Shown here: positions 27,499 through 37,505 of the stretch, one piece after another
Layout: each line of letters begins with the position of its first letter
How positions within the stretch are numbered: position 1 is the first letter of the stretch
Source: Akkermansiaceae bacterium
Lineage (GTDB): Bacteria > Verrucomicrobiota > Verrucomicrobiia > Verrucomicrobiales > Akkermansiaceae
Reading direction: 5' to 3'
Assembly (NCBI GenBank): GCA_026421245.1
Contig: JAPKDJ010000006.1
Span: 12,128-76,127, forward strand
DNA length: 64,000 bases
Made by a program: the position numbers and the translations under genes
The notes under the pieces: model-generated
Seen by the model: the letters and a program-made list of their open reading frames with translations, nothing else
Told to the model about the DNA's origin: nothing
Databases searched by the model: none

Positions 27499-29523
27499 AT
27501 GAAGCGAATCCTTCTTTTTCTCCCCCTCCCCCTTGCCGCACAAGAGCTTCTCCCAGAACTCGTCGTAACCGCCAGCCGCACTTCGAAAGAGGCCCAGAAC
27601 GTTCCTTACACCACCGAGATCCTCGACTCCGCCGACCTCCTCGCAAACTCCACCCGCACCCTCCCCCAGGCTTTTCTCGACACCCCCGGCGTCCTCGTTC
27701 AACAAACCACCCCGGGTCACGGCTCCCCCTACATTCGCGGCTTCACCGGTCGCCAAAACCTCCTTCTTCTTGATGGCATCCGCCTCAATAATTCGACTTG
27801 GCGCGGAGGCCCGGTGCAGTATTGGAACACCCTCGACGCCCAGGCCATCTCCTCCATTGAACTCATCAAATCCCAGGGCTCTGTCCTCTACGGCTCTGAT
27901 GCCATCGGCGGCACCGTTAATACTCTCTCCAAATCCTCCGGCTTCCGTGATGAAGACGGCTTCTTCTCCGCCGGAGCGGCCTACTACCGCTTCGATACTA
28001 ACTCCAAGTCCCACCTTGGCCGAGTCGAACAACGCCTCGGTGTCGGTGGTGAATGGGGCCTCATGCTCGGAGTTTCCGGCAAGGACATCGGTGACATCAA
28101 AGATTCCGCTCTCGGCCGTATGCACGGCACCGGCTACTCGGAAGAATCGCTTGACCTCAAGTTCGAATACGCTTTTTCGGACAGCCGCACGCTGACCTTC
28201 GCACACACCTATTCCGATCAGGATGACATCAGCCGGTGGCACAACACCATTAACAACCAAGGCTGGATCCACGGACGTTCCTTCACCACCCCCGGTTCGG
28301 ACCTCCAACGGGATTACGACCAGGAACGCTCCCTCACCTACCTTCGTCTCCAAGACTCCGCATCCGACATCAGCTGGATCGACAATTGGCAGGCCACTTT
28401 CTCCTACCAAAAATCCCAGGATTCCGAATTCCGCGTCCGTGATTCCGGTCGCACTGATCTTAAAATCCTCGATGTCGATACCTACGGCCTGAGTTTTCAA
28501 GCGGAATCCGCCAGCATCGTATGGGGAGCTGATTTTTACCATGATGAAGTCGATTCCCAGGGGGGCCGCAACGGCATCGCACGAGCTTCCAATCGCCCCG
28601 TAGCCGATGATGCCTCATACGACTCCCTCGGTCTCTTCGCCAACTCCACCGGCTCCATCGGAGAACGCTTCAGCTATGATGCCGGAGCGCGCTTCACTTA
28701 CGCCGAAGCAGAATGGGATGGCTACCGACCCGCCGGAGCAACCACCGACCAATCGGGCAATTCCTCCTGGGAAAACCTCTCCCTCTCGCTTCGCGGACAA
28801 TATGACCTTAATAATTCCTGGAGCATCTTCGGGGGAGCATCCCAGGCCTTCCGCGCCCCCAACCTCGATGATCTCACCGGCAGCCAGTTCGCACTCAATG
28901 GACTCAGCTCCAATGGTTCACCCTCTGTCGATCCCGAGACCTATCTCACCGCCGAACTGGGAACCCGCATCGACAATAACAACCTCTCGTTTCAACTCTC
29001 CGGCTACTCTACTAGGATCGACGACGGGATTGTCCGGATCGGAGATGGCATGGGAGGACTCATCACCACCAACGGGAGCGATGGATATATCTACGGATTT
29101 GAAGCGCGCACTGCGTGGCAGTTCCACCCGCAATGGGAACTCGCCGCACACGCTTCCTGGCAGGATGGCAAACAAACAACCGGAGGGGTGGAGGACACCA
29201 TTCGCCGGATAAACCCGCTCAGCGGAGCCGTGTCACTCAAGTGGACCGATCCCGATGAGCGCTACTGGGTTTCCGGACGCGTTCAAGCGGCCACCCGTCA
29301 GGACAACCTATCGGCCCTTGCTGCCAACGACACCCAACGTATTCCGGTCAACGGAACTCCCCAACACATCACCGCCTCCATCTACGCAGGTTGGGAGGTT
29401 TCAGAATCACTCCAGCTCAACTTCGCCTTCGAAAACCTCACCGATGAAGGCTATCGCATTCACGGCTCGGGACAGAATGCGCCCGGACGAAATGCCACTG
29501 TCTCCGTAAAATATGAATGGTGA
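27499..29523 (+). CDS. TonB-dependent outer-membrane receptor
   Basis: Signal peptide; plug motifs VVTASR...NVPYTTEIL...PGVLVQQTTPGHGSPYIRGFTGRQNLLLLDGIRLNN; a beta-barrel-rich body; C-terminal aromatic end SVKYEW. Confidence 0.9.
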   Translation: MKRILLFLPLPLAAQELLPELVVTASRTSKEAQNVPYTTEILDSADLLANSTRTLPQAFLDTPGVLVQQTTPGHGSPYIRGFTGRQNLLLLDGIRLNNSTWRGGPVQYWNTLDAQAISSIELIKSQGSVLYGSDAIGGTVNTLSKSSGFRDEDGFFSAGAAYYRFDTNSKSHLGRVEQRLGVGGEWGLMLGVSGKDIGDIKDSALGRMHGTGYSEESLDLKFEYAFSDSRTLTFAHTYSDQDDISRWHNTINNQGWIHGRSFTTPGSDLQRDYDQERSLTYLRLQDSASDISWIDNWQATFSYQKSQDSEFRVRDSGRTDLKILDVDTYGLSFQAESASIVWGADFYHDEVDSQGGRNGIARASNRPVADDASYDSLGLFANSTGSIGERFSYDAGARFTYAEAEWDGYRPAGATTDQSGNSSWENLSLSLRGQYDLNNSWSIFGGASQAFRAPNLDDLTGSQFALNGLSSNGSPSVDPETYLTAELGTRIDNNNLSFQLSGYSTRIDDGIVRIGDGMGGLITTNGSDGYIYGFEARTAWQFHPQWELAAHASWQDGKQTTGGVEDTIRRINPLSGAVSLKWTDPDERYWVSGRVQAATRQDNLSALAANDTQRIPVNGTPQHITASIYAGWEVSESLQLNFAFENLTDEGYRIHGSGQNAPGRNATVSVKYEW

Positions 29524-29555
29524 TCGGTTTGGTGTCGTTTAATCTGCAAAAGCTA

Positions 29556-30326
29556 ATGAAACGACTCTACCGGCTCCTTTTGCTCCTCTCCCTCGCGGGC
29601 ACGGCTTTCGCTGGCTGGAAGTACCGCGATCCCATCATCAGCTTTTACCGACAGCATATCGCCAGCGAAGCTTCCGAAAAAAAAGACGTTCCCGATCCCG
29701 CCCGCTACCAGGAACTCATCACGGAACTTGAACAAAAACGCCAAGCCCTCGCCGATCGTTACGCTAGGGCCCGCACCGCACAGGATTTTTCTTCGGCCAT
29801 CTCAGAAAGCCGCACTACCCTCGAGGCCACCCTCCCTGAAATGATGAGCTGCTGGCTCGGCACCCCATGGGATTTCCATGGCACCTGCGAAACCCCGGGC
29901 TCGGGCAAGATCGCCTGCGGCTACTTTGTCTCCACCATCCTTCGAGACGCCGGCTTTCAGGTGGAGCGCTTCCGCCTCGCCCAGCAACCCTCACAGGGCA
30001 TCATCGCAACCTTCCTTCCGAAAGAGGAGATGCACATTCGCGCCAGCCTCGACTACGACACGTTCCTTGATCAAGTCACGGCCCGCGGCCCCGGCATTCG
30101 GATTGTCGGTCTCGATAGCCACGTCGCCTTTCTCATCGTCCCAGAATCAGGAGACCTCCGTTTCATTCACTCATCCGGTGCTGCCTCCAAATGCGTGGTT
30201 GATGAAAACCGGGAAAACGCCGGTGTCTTGCGCAGGTCGAACTACCGCGTCACCGGTAATCTCACCGACAATGATGAAGTCATCTACCGTTGGCTTTTCG
30301 GCGAAAAGTGGCCGACCAAACTCTAG
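29556..30326 (+). CDS. Exported protein, DUF1460-like / papain-fold amidase-like (tentative)
   Basis: Signal peptide MKRLYRLLLLLSLAGTAFAG. WLGTPWDFHGT...GKIACGYFVSTILRDAG resembles the (F/W)LGTPY...DC.TFV motif, and a later His (LDSHVAFLI) could complete a Cys/His pair. The family call is from memory. Confidence 0.55.
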   Translation: MKRLYRLLLLLSLAGTAFAGWKYRDPIISFYRQHIASEASEKKDVPDPARYQELITELEQKRQALADRYARARTAQDFSSAISESRTTLEATLPEMMSCWLGTPWDFHGTCETPGSGKIACGYFVSTILRDAGFQVERFRLAQQPSQGIIATFLPKEEMHIRASLDYDTFLDQVTARGPGIRIVGLDSHVAFLIVPESGDLRFIHSSGAASKCVVDENRENAGVLRRSNYRVTGNLTDNDEVIYRWLFGEKWPTKL

Positions 30327-30336
30327 GAAAGGAGTT

Positions 30337-31224
30337 CTAGCTCTTGTGCTTCTTAAGGCGTTTATCCAACCCCTTCACCGCCTTGTTATCCTTGAGTGAT
30401 TCTAAAACGTCCCGATAGTTGGCCGCTACGATCTCATAATCATCACGTGACACCTTGAGATCGGTTTCGAACCCCTTGAGAGCTTTGTCGAAGTGCTCCC
30501 TGGCTTTATCAACCTCACCCTCCCGGACCAGGACAAGGGCCAAGTTTCCGTGAGACTGGGCCGTCTCCACATGGATGTCGCCGAAGATCGTCGTCCGCGA
30601 CTCCAGAGAAAGATTGTGCATCTCCTTTGCCCGGTCATCGTGTTCCGCTTTAAAATAAAGTGTCCCGACATTGTTGTAGAGCACTGCCGTTTTCTCATGC
30701 TCCGGACCCAGAGTCTCATGATAAGCCTTCGAAGCAGCGAGGAGAAAGGTTTCCGCCTTATCGAAGTCATCGTCCGCCTCGTAGATGAAAGCGAGATTGT
30801 TGCTGATGTCCGCGATGTCCAGCACTGCCGGGGGAGTCAATCTTTCGAAGGCTGCAATTGCCCGTTGGTAAAATGATTTTGCCTGATCCGTATCGCCGCT
30901 CATCTCATGTGTGTGCGCCATTCCCGCACACACTCTGCCGATTCCCTCGTCGGCATTGCTTGTGCTGCTCATTAATCCAAGGGCCTCAACGTAGTCATTC
31001 TTGGCCGCATCGTAGTCTCCCATATTCCGAAGAAAAATCGCCCGCAGTTCAAGGCCGCGGGACAGATCATGATCGGACAAAAGGTCCGTCTCCTTGTTGG
31101 CTCTGGCTTTGTCCACAGCCTCATCTCCGAGCTTGCGGAGTTCCTCCGTATTCCACTCATCGATAGGGGCTCCCATGAGATTTTCAAATTTTGCGAGTAC
31201 GGATTCTGAGGCGGAAGCAGGCAT
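30337..31224 (-). CDS. Tetratricopeptide-repeat protein (TPR_12, kinesin-light-chain-like repeats)
   Basis: Repeated 42-aa units, for example NNLAFIYEADDDFDKAETFLLAASKAYHETLGPEHEKTAVLYNNVGTLYFKAEHDDRAKEMH. Start set at the ATG at 31224, because the listed 31383 start runs into recO. Confidence 0.8.
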   Translation of the reverse strand: MPASASESVLAKFENLMGAPIDEWNTEELRKLGDEAVDKARANKETDLLSDHDLSRGLELRAIFLRNMGDYDAAKNDYVEALGLMSSTSNADEGIGRVCAGMAHTHEMSGDTDQAKSFYQRAIAAFERLTPPAVLDIADISNNLAFIYEADDDFDKAETFLLAASKAYHETLGPEHEKTAVLYNNVGTLYFKAEHDDRAKEMHNLSLESRTTIFGDIHVETAQSHGNLALVLVREGEVDKAREHFDKALKGFETDLKVSRDDYEIVAANYRDVLESLKDNKAVKGLDKRLKKHKS

Positions 31225-31261
31225 GATTGGTAAGATGAAACGAAAAGACTGACGTTTTCTG

Positions 31262-31810
31262 TCACTTTTGAGACAGAAGATCAAGGCAGTGATCTCGAGA
31301 TTTTGGTAATTTCCCATAGACCTGAAGAATCCCCAAATGAGCGCCCTTCCCCAATCCCAGGATCCTGGCAACCTCTCTCTCATAGTAGAGCAGTGCTCGT
31401 CGACTTGCCCCCTCGCGGGTCAAATACCCCAGTCCTCGCTTGAGCAGGTCACACATCTCCGGCTCAGAGTGATCCAGCTCCAGCACTAATTCCAGTAACT
31501 GCGCAAAGTAACCAGCCACCAGCGCATCACGATAGCTCTTCCTCAATTCTTCCCGGAAATCCAAGACCGCAACTTCCCTCAAACTGTGCAACTCTCCCTT
31601 TTTGTTCCGCCCCCATTCAAAGTCCGCCTCCAAAAATAAATCCAGTCTTCCTGCAAAGGCGCTTTTCGACCGCCGAGCTCCCTTGGCCACCGTCTTAATC
31701 AAGCCCGCCTCCTCGCTCATCCAATGCACGATCAGGCTCGTATCTGTCAGCTTTGTCAGCCGGATGATCGTCCCGCGTCCACTCTCCATTCCTCGGACTC
31801 TAGTGCCCAA
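31262..31810 (-). CDS. recO: DNA repair protein RecO (short form)
   Basis: OB-fold N-terminus GTIIRLTKLTDTSLIVHWMSEEAGLIKTVAKGARRSKSAFAGRLDLF, then the helical region YFAQLLELVLE. At 182 aa it is shorter than typical RecO. The start may be at 31789. Confidence 0.75.
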   Translation of the reverse strand: MGTRVRGMESGRGTIIRLTKLTDTSLIVHWMSEEAGLIKTVAKGARRSKSAFAGRLDLFLEADFEWGRNKKGELHSLREVAVLDFREELRKSYRDALVAGYFAQLLELVLELDHSEPEMCDLLKRGLGYLTREGASRRALLYYEREVARILGLGKGAHLGILQVYGKLPKSRDHCLDLLSQK

Positions 31811-31867
31811 ATTTCAAATCCTGAATTCTAAATTTGAAATCCTGCCTCAAAATGCCAAACCCCTTGC

Positions 31868-32758
31868 GTGCCAGACACCGTCCCTGACCCCGCCTCCCAG
31901 GATGCCCCGCGCTCACCTTTTGCCGGATGCCTCATTCTCATCGTGATGGGCCTCGTCGTTCTCATCCTCATCGCATCCGCGGGTTACACCGTGAAAAAAC
32001 AGACCGACGCCTATAAAACCTTCACCGAGGAAGAAGCCAAGCCCGCCCCCGTCGCCGAACTTCAAAACCATGAGCCCGAACTTAATTCGCTCATAAACCG
32101 ACTCCGTCACTTCGACAACGAAATCAAATTCGAACGCGCCGCCGAACTCTCCCTGTCCCCGTCCGACATCAACTTCGCCATCGCACACTTCGAGGTTCTC
32201 AACAGTTTCCGCGGTCAACTCTCGTTCGAAAAAATCACTGACACCCAAATCAGTGGCAACATCCACTACCCCTTTCGCTCCACCTCGGAACTTCCCGAGT
32301 TCGTCCGTGGGCCGCTCAATATCGAGGCCCGCGACAATAATCTTAACGGCACCTTCACGGGGACGCCTCTCCTCACTGACGGAAAATTCATCCTCAACAT
32401 GACCGAGATCAGCCCCTCCATCGGAGAGCTTCCCGAAGAATTGTTCGCCGGCATCTCCCGCTTCCTGATTTCCGGCGAACTTGAGCAAAAACTCGAAAAG
32501 GATCCCGAAAATCCCCCCGAGCTTCTCAAAAAGCTTAGAAAGCTCACCTCACTCTCCCTCAAAAATGAGGCCCTCGTCTTAGGTTACTCTCCGGAGGCTA
32601 CTCCTCCCAGCGTCAAAGAAGAATCCAACGCCATGGCCACCAAAGCCAAACAACTGGTTGCCCTTGGAGCCGTCATTTTCATCCTCACCATGATTCTCTT
32701 GTTCATCGTTTTGAGCCGACGTCAAAAGGCCAAACGCAAAGCTCTGGGACTGGCGTGA
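31868..32758 (+). CDS. Hypothetical protein with one TM at each end
   Basis: GTG start. N-terminal TM CLILIVMGLVVLILIASAGY and C-terminal TM LVALGAVIFILTMILLFIVL followed by a basic tail. No family recognised. It lies 49 nt upstream of the ClpP-like gene on the same strand. Confidence 0.6.
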   Translation: MPDTVPDPASQDAPRSPFAGCLILIVMGLVVLILIASAGYTVKKQTDAYKTFTEEEAKPAPVAELQNHEPELNSLINRLRHFDNEIKFERAAELSLSPSDINFAIAHFEVLNSFRGQLSFEKITDTQISGNIHYPFRSTSELPEFVRGPLNIEARDNNLNGTFTGTPLLTDGKFILNMTEISPSIGELPEELFAGISRFLISGELEQKLEKDPENPPELLKKLRKLTSLSLKNEALVLGYSPEATPPSVKEESNAMATKAKQLVALGAVIFILTMILLFIVLSRRQKAKRKALGLA

Positions 32759-32807
32759 TTTTTTAAAAAAGATTGATAATCCTCCCTTTCGGTGCCGTTA
32801 TCCCTTC

Positions 32808-34184
32808 ATGCTAAAGAACACCCTTGCTTTGGCGGCAGCACTCACTCTTGCCGTCCACGCCGACCCGACAACCAAGCCTGCGCCTGAGAACCCTGCTCCC
32901 GCCCAACCGGCCAAAAAGCAGCCGGCCAAGGCCCAGACTGCTGTCCCTGTCAAACCAAAGGCCGCTGACAAAGCCGCAATTCCCGCCGCCAAGGTCGCAG
33001 AAAAGCCAGCCGAGCCAAAAAAAGAAAGCCCCGCTGACTCCGAACTCGAAAAAGCAAAAGCCGAGCAAGGGCGCCTCGCCATCTTCAACGCCCTTGCAAC
33101 CGAGAAGCAAAAGCACGACACCCTCGACCTCCGTTCCGATATCGCCCTCCTCAAGCTCGAGAAAGAACTCCTCGTCGAAACTCTCGCCCTCGCCGCTGCC
33201 CAGGAAAACTCCAAGCAAGCCGACGCCATCGCCAAATTCGAAAGCGAAAAAGAGCGCCTCACCCGCGAAGTCACCCTCGCCAAGCTCCGCTCCGAACACC
33301 TCAGCAGCCAGCTGAAGGAACTCCAGGCCACCTCCTCCCTCAAGACCTCCGCCCTCATGGCTCAGATCAGCGAGATCGAAACCTCCAACAAGCGCGAGGA
33401 CTACGTCGATGCCGAGCCCCAGTATCTCGACAATCCCCTCAAAAAAGATGGCACCCTCGTCATCTCCGACCGCCGCATCCCGTTCAACGGACCTGTCACC
33501 AGCAACCTTGCCGACAAGGTCACCGAGCGCATCAATTACTTCAACAACAAGGACCCCAAGAAGCCCATCTTCATCGTGATCGATGACTCACCTGGCGGTT
33601 CCGTCATGGCCGGATACCGTATCCTCAAATCCATGGAAGGATCCGAGGCTCCTGTCTACGTCGTCGTCAAATCATTCGCTGCTTCCATGGCAGCCACCAT
33701 CACCACGCTTGCTGAAAAATCCTTCGTCTACCCCAATGCCGTCATTCTTCACCACCAGATCTCCCAGAGCTTCATGTTCTCAAGCATGAACCTCACTGAG
33801 CAAAAGGAAAACGTTGATGATCTCATGAGATGGTGGAACCGCCTCGCAGGCCCCATCGCGGAAAAGATGGGCATCACTCCTGACGAATTCATCGAGATGA
33901 TGTATAAAAAGACCGTCTCCGGAGACTGGTCCGAATTCGGTGACGACGCAGTCAAACTCAAGTGGGCCGATCACGCGGTCACCCGCATTCACGAGACCGC
34001 TCTACTCAAGAATCCGGACGCCAAGAAAGTCGCCGTGGCAACCACCACCCGCGCCAGCGAATCCGACAACGGCCTCACCCCCGCTATCGACGACCAGGGG
34101 AATCCCTACATGATTCTCCCCCGTCGCAACCCAAAGGACGCCTACTTGATGCACAATCCAGACGGCTACTACCGTTTTAAGTAA
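32808..34184 (+). CDS. Exported ClpP-fold (S14-like) serine protease with N-terminal Pro/Ala/Lys-rich and coiled-coil regions
   Basis: Signal peptide MLKNTLALAAALTLAVHA. PAK-rich low-complexity stretch. Roughly 120 aa of heptad-like helix. The ClpP core IFIVIDDSPGGSVMAGYRILKSM...VVVKSFAASMAATI...PNAVILHHQ aligns with ClpP INSPGG...GQAASMGA...MIHQP, keeping Ser and His and a candidate Asp in SGDWSEF. Confidence 0.8.
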   Translation: MLKNTLALAAALTLAVHADPTTKPAPENPAPAQPAKKQPAKAQTAVPVKPKAADKAAIPAAKVAEKPAEPKKESPADSELEKAKAEQGRLAIFNALATEKQKHDTLDLRSDIALLKLEKELLVETLALAAAQENSKQADAIAKFESEKERLTREVTLAKLRSEHLSSQLKELQATSSLKTSALMAQISEIETSNKREDYVDAEPQYLDNPLKKDGTLVISDRRIPFNGPVTSNLADKVTERINYFNNKDPKKPIFIVIDDSPGGSVMAGYRILKSMEGSEAPVYVVVKSFAASMAATITTLAEKSFVYPNAVILHHQISQSFMFSSMNLTEQKENVDDLMRWWNRLAGPIAEKMGITPDEFIEMMYKKTVSGDWSEFGDDAVKLKWADHAVTRIHETALLKNPDAKKVAVATTTRASESDNGLTPAIDDQGNPYMILPRRNPKDAYLMHNPDGYYRFK

Positions 34185-34204
34185 GCACACACACACATTC
34201 ACCC

Positions 34205-34242
34205 AAAAAGCCCGGCGCTTCTCAAGAAGCCCGGGCTTTTTT
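34205..34242 (+). terminator. Rho-independent terminator after the ClpP-like gene
   Basis: AAGCCCGG-N15-CCGGGCTTTTTT. Confidence 0.8.
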
Positions 34243-34498
34243 CTTGGAACGACGCTCTCCAGCTCGCGCCTCTCAACTCAAGCCCCTCAAATCCCGGCAC
34301 TCAGCGTGAATCGCTGCCACACACACCCCACACACAACCAAATACTCGACATTCAAACATTGGGCGTTCGTCGTTGGGCGCTCAACCCACCTCGAAGCCT
34401 CTCCATGAGCTATTTCAAACCAAATAATTGCCCCTTTTCTCATTTTCGCGATTCACCTTGCATGCGATCTGGCCTAAAATCCCGCAACGAAATCTATC

Positions 34499-37336
34499 AT
34501 GGAAACAAAAAAAATCTTCAAAACCGGCTCTGGCAACGATGCCACCTACTACTCTCTTCCTGCCCTCAAAGATCTCGGCGTCGCCGATGTCTCCCGCCTC
34601 CCTGTTTCCATCCGCATCGTTCTCGAGTCCCTCCTTCGTAATCTCGACGGACGAAAAGTCACCGAATCCGACGTCAAAAACCTCGCCAACTGGAAGGCCC
34701 AGTCCCCCGGCGATTACGAGGTCCCCTTCACCGTGGCCCGCGTCGTCCTTCAGGATTTTACCGGCGTCCCCCTTGTTGTAGACCTCGCCGCCATGCGTGA
34801 CGCCGCCAAAACAGCCGGGGCCGATCCCTCCATCGTCGAGCCCCTCGTCCCCGTCGATCTCGTCATCGATCACAGTGTCCAAGTCGACTTCGCAGGCTCC
34901 CAAAATGCCCTCGACCGCAACCTCTCCATCGAATTCATCCGCAACCAAGAACGCTACGAATTCTTAAAATGGGGCCAACAAGCCTTCGAAACCTTCGGCG
35001 TCGTCCCTCCAGGAATCGGCATCGTCCACCAAGTCAACCTCGAGTATCTCGCCAAAGGAGTTCTCGATAAAGAAAACGTCTTCTACCCCGACACCCTCGT
35101 CGGCACCGACTCCCACACCACCATGATCAACGGCCTCGGCGTCGTCGGTTGGGGCGTCGGCGGCATCGAAGCTGAAGCAGGAATGCTCGGCCAGCCCGTG
35201 ACCTTCCTCGTTCCCGAAGTCGTCGGCGTCTGCCTCCACGGCAACCTCGCCGAAGGCGTCACCGCCACCGACCTCACCCTCCGCATCACCGAAATCCTCC
35301 GCGCCCACGGCGTCGTCGGGAAATTCGTCGAGTTCTACGGCCCCGGAGCCGAGGCCCTCAGCCTCCCCGACCGCGCCACCATCGCCAACATGGCCCCCGA
35401 ATACGGTGCCACCATGGGCTTCTTCCCCATCGATGACGAGACCATCAACTACCTCCGCGGCACCGGCCGTTCCGAGGAACTCTGCGGCACTGTCGAGAAC
35501 TACTTTAAGGCCCAGGAAATGTGGGGCATCCCGCAGAAAGGCGATATCGACTACACCGATGACCTTTCCCTCGACCTCTCTACCGTCGTCCCCGCCGTCT
35601 CCGGTCCCAAGCGTCCCCAGGACCGCATCGACGTCCCCGCTCTCGGCGAAAAGTTCAACGACCTCTTCACCGCCTCCATCGCCGATGGGGGCTTTGGCCG
35701 TGACGCCCCAACGCGTAACGACGTCGCCCAGTTCGACCTCACCACGCCCGCCGGATTCTCACCAGAAGGTGCCCAACTCCTCAACAACGACGGAAACCCC
35801 GACACCGACGTCGCTACCGAGACCGCCGGCCAAACGATCGACCTCCAACACGGATCCGTCCTCATCGCCGCCATCACGAGTTGCACCAACACCAGTAACC
35901 CCAGCGTCATGCTCGCCGCCGGTTTGGTCGCCAAAAAGGCCAACTCCCTCGGCCTCACCGTCCCACCTTACATCAAGACTTCCCTAGGACCGGGCTCCCG
36001 CGTTGTCACTGACTACCTCGAAGCAACCGACCTCCAAAAAGAACTCGATCAACTCGGCTTCGAAACCGTCGGCTACGGTTGCACCACCTGCATCGGAAAC
36101 GCCGGCCCCCTCAACCCCGAGCTCGAAGCCGCATTGAAGTCAAAGGACCTCATCTGCGCCTCCGTCCTCTCCGGAAACCGCAACTTTGAAGCTCGCATCC
36201 ACGGCTCCATCCGCGCCAACTTCCTCATGTCACCACCCCTCGTCGTCGCCTACGCCATCGCCGGTCGCGTCGACCTCGACCTCACCAATGACCCCCTCGG
36301 TCAGGACAAAGACGGAAACGATGTCTACCTCAAGGACCTCTGGCCTTCCACCGAAGAACTCCAAGCCGTCATCGGTTCCGCCCTCAAGCCAGAAGTCTTC
36401 AACAAGCTTTATAGCAACCTCGACACCGTAAACCAAAAGTGGGTCGACGTTGAAAGCTCCACCGGAGCCACCTACGGTTGGAATGACGACTCCACCTACG
36501 TCCAACTTCCACCCTTCTTCGATAACTTCTCCCGCACTCCCGAAACAGAAGGCAAGGATATCTTCGACGCCCGCCCGCTCGGCATCTTTGGAGACAGCGT
36601 CACCACGGACCACATCTCCCCCGCCGGAGCGATCACCCCGGCCAGCCCGGCCGGGAAATACCTCCTCGAAAACGGAGTTGAGAAGCCCAAGTTCAACTCC
36701 TTCGGCTCACGTCGTGGAAATGACCGCGTCATGACCCGTGGCACCTTCGGCAACGTCCGAATTAAGAACCTCATGACACCGGGAATCGAGGGCGGCTACA
36801 CCCAATACTTCGGCGACGCCCCCGTCTCCGCCCCCGATCAAGAGATCGCCGCGACCGAAGGTGCTCAACCCACCTTCATCTACGACGCCGCCATCGCCTA
36901 CAAGCAAAGCGGTCGTAAACTCATCGTCATCGGCGGAGAAGACTACGGCATGGGATCATCCCGCGACTGGGCGGCCAAAGGCACCGCCCTCCTCGGCGTC
37001 CAAGCCGTCATCACCAAGAGCTTCGAGCGCATTCACCGCTCTAACCTCATCGGAATGGGAGTCCTCCCCCTCAACTTTAAGAACAAAGAGGACTACGACA
37101 AAATCAAGGACATGCACTCCTGCACCTTCAGCATCACCGGCCTCACCGGCGAACTGAAAGCCATGCAAGAAGCCACCCTAACCACAAGCTGCGGCCTCAG
37201 TCTCTCGGTGATCGTCCGCTTGGACACCCCAGCGGAAATCGACTACTACCTCAGCGGCGGCATTCTCCCTTACGTCCTGAATCAAATCCTCGACGGAGCC
37301 GAAGAGAAATCCTCTTGCAGTGTCGTAAGCGCCTAA
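34499..37336 (+). CDS. acnA: Aconitate hydratase A
   Basis: 945 aa. [21 protein letters not shown], Fe-S cluster cysteine regions [13 protein letters not shown] and [10 protein letters not shown], and the C-terminal swivel domain. Confidence 0.95.
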   Translation: METKKIFKTGSGNDATYYSLPALKDLGVADVSRLPVSIRIVLESLLRNLDGRKVTESDVKNLANWKAQSPGDYEVPFTVARVVLQDFTGVPLVVDLAAMRDAAKTAGADPSIVEPLVPVDLVIDHSVQVDFAGSQNALDRNLSIEFIRNQERYEFLKWGQQAFETFGVVPPGIGIVHQVNLEYLAKGVLDKENVFYPDTLVGTDSHTTMINGLGVVGWGVGGIEAEAGMLGQPVTFLVPEVVGVCLHGNLAEGVTATDLTLRITEILRAHGVVGKFVEFYGPGAEALSLPDRATIANMAPEYGATMGFFPIDDETINYLRGTGRSEELCGTVENYFKAQEMWGIPQKGDIDYTDDLSLDLSTVVPAVSGPKRPQDRIDVPALGEKFNDLFTASIADGGFGRDAPTRNDVAQFDLTTPAGFSPEGAQLLNNDGNPDTDVATETAGQTIDLQHGSVLIAAITSCTNTSNPSVMLAAGLVAKKANSLGLTVPPYIKTSLGPGSRVVTDYLEATDLQKELDQLGFETVGYGCTTCIGNAGPLNPELEAALKSKDLICASVLSGNRNFEARIHGSIRANFLMSPPLVVAYAIAGRVDLDLTNDPLGQDKDGNDVYLKDLWPSTEELQAVIGSALKPEVFNKLYSNLDTVNQKWVDVESSTGATYGWNDDSTYVQLPPFFDNFSRTPETEGKDIFDARPLGIFGDSVTTDHISPAGAITPASPAGKYLLENGVEKPKFNSFGSRRGNDRVMTRGTFGNVRIKNLMTPGIEGGYTQYFGDAPVSAPDQEIAATEGAQPTFIYDAAIAYKQSGRKLIVIGGEDYGMGSSRDWAAKGTALLGVQAVITKSFERIHRSNLIGMGVLPLNFKNKEDYDKIKDMHSCTFSITGLTGELKAMQEATLTTSCGLSLSVIVRLDTPAEIDYYLSGGILPYVLNQILDGAEEKSSCSVVSA

Positions 37337-37380
37337 GCCTTTGATCAGCCGGTCAGGCTGGTTATCAAGCTCAATAAGAA

Positions 37381-37413
37381 ACGCCCCCTGCCCCAACACA
37401 GAGGGCGTTTTTT
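37381..37413 (+). terminator. Rho-independent terminator after acnA
   Basis: ACGCCCCCT-N10-AGAGGGCGT (one mismatch) followed by TTTTT. Confidence 0.75.
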
Positions 37414-37505
37414 GCTATTTCGATGACAAAACGAGATCTCCAACACGTTAACCTGTTACCTCCTCTTCTCTCCACAGATATATCCCGCTCTCATCATTAC
37501 CAATA

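Noticed and set aside
34186-34337. CA dinucleotide runs: (CA)6 at 34186-34197 and a CA-rich patch at 34315-34337 upstream of acnA.
   Set aside because: They are too short and irregular to be a meaningful microsatellite or regulatory repeat. No Fur/iron-box-like palindrome could be supported upstream of acnA.
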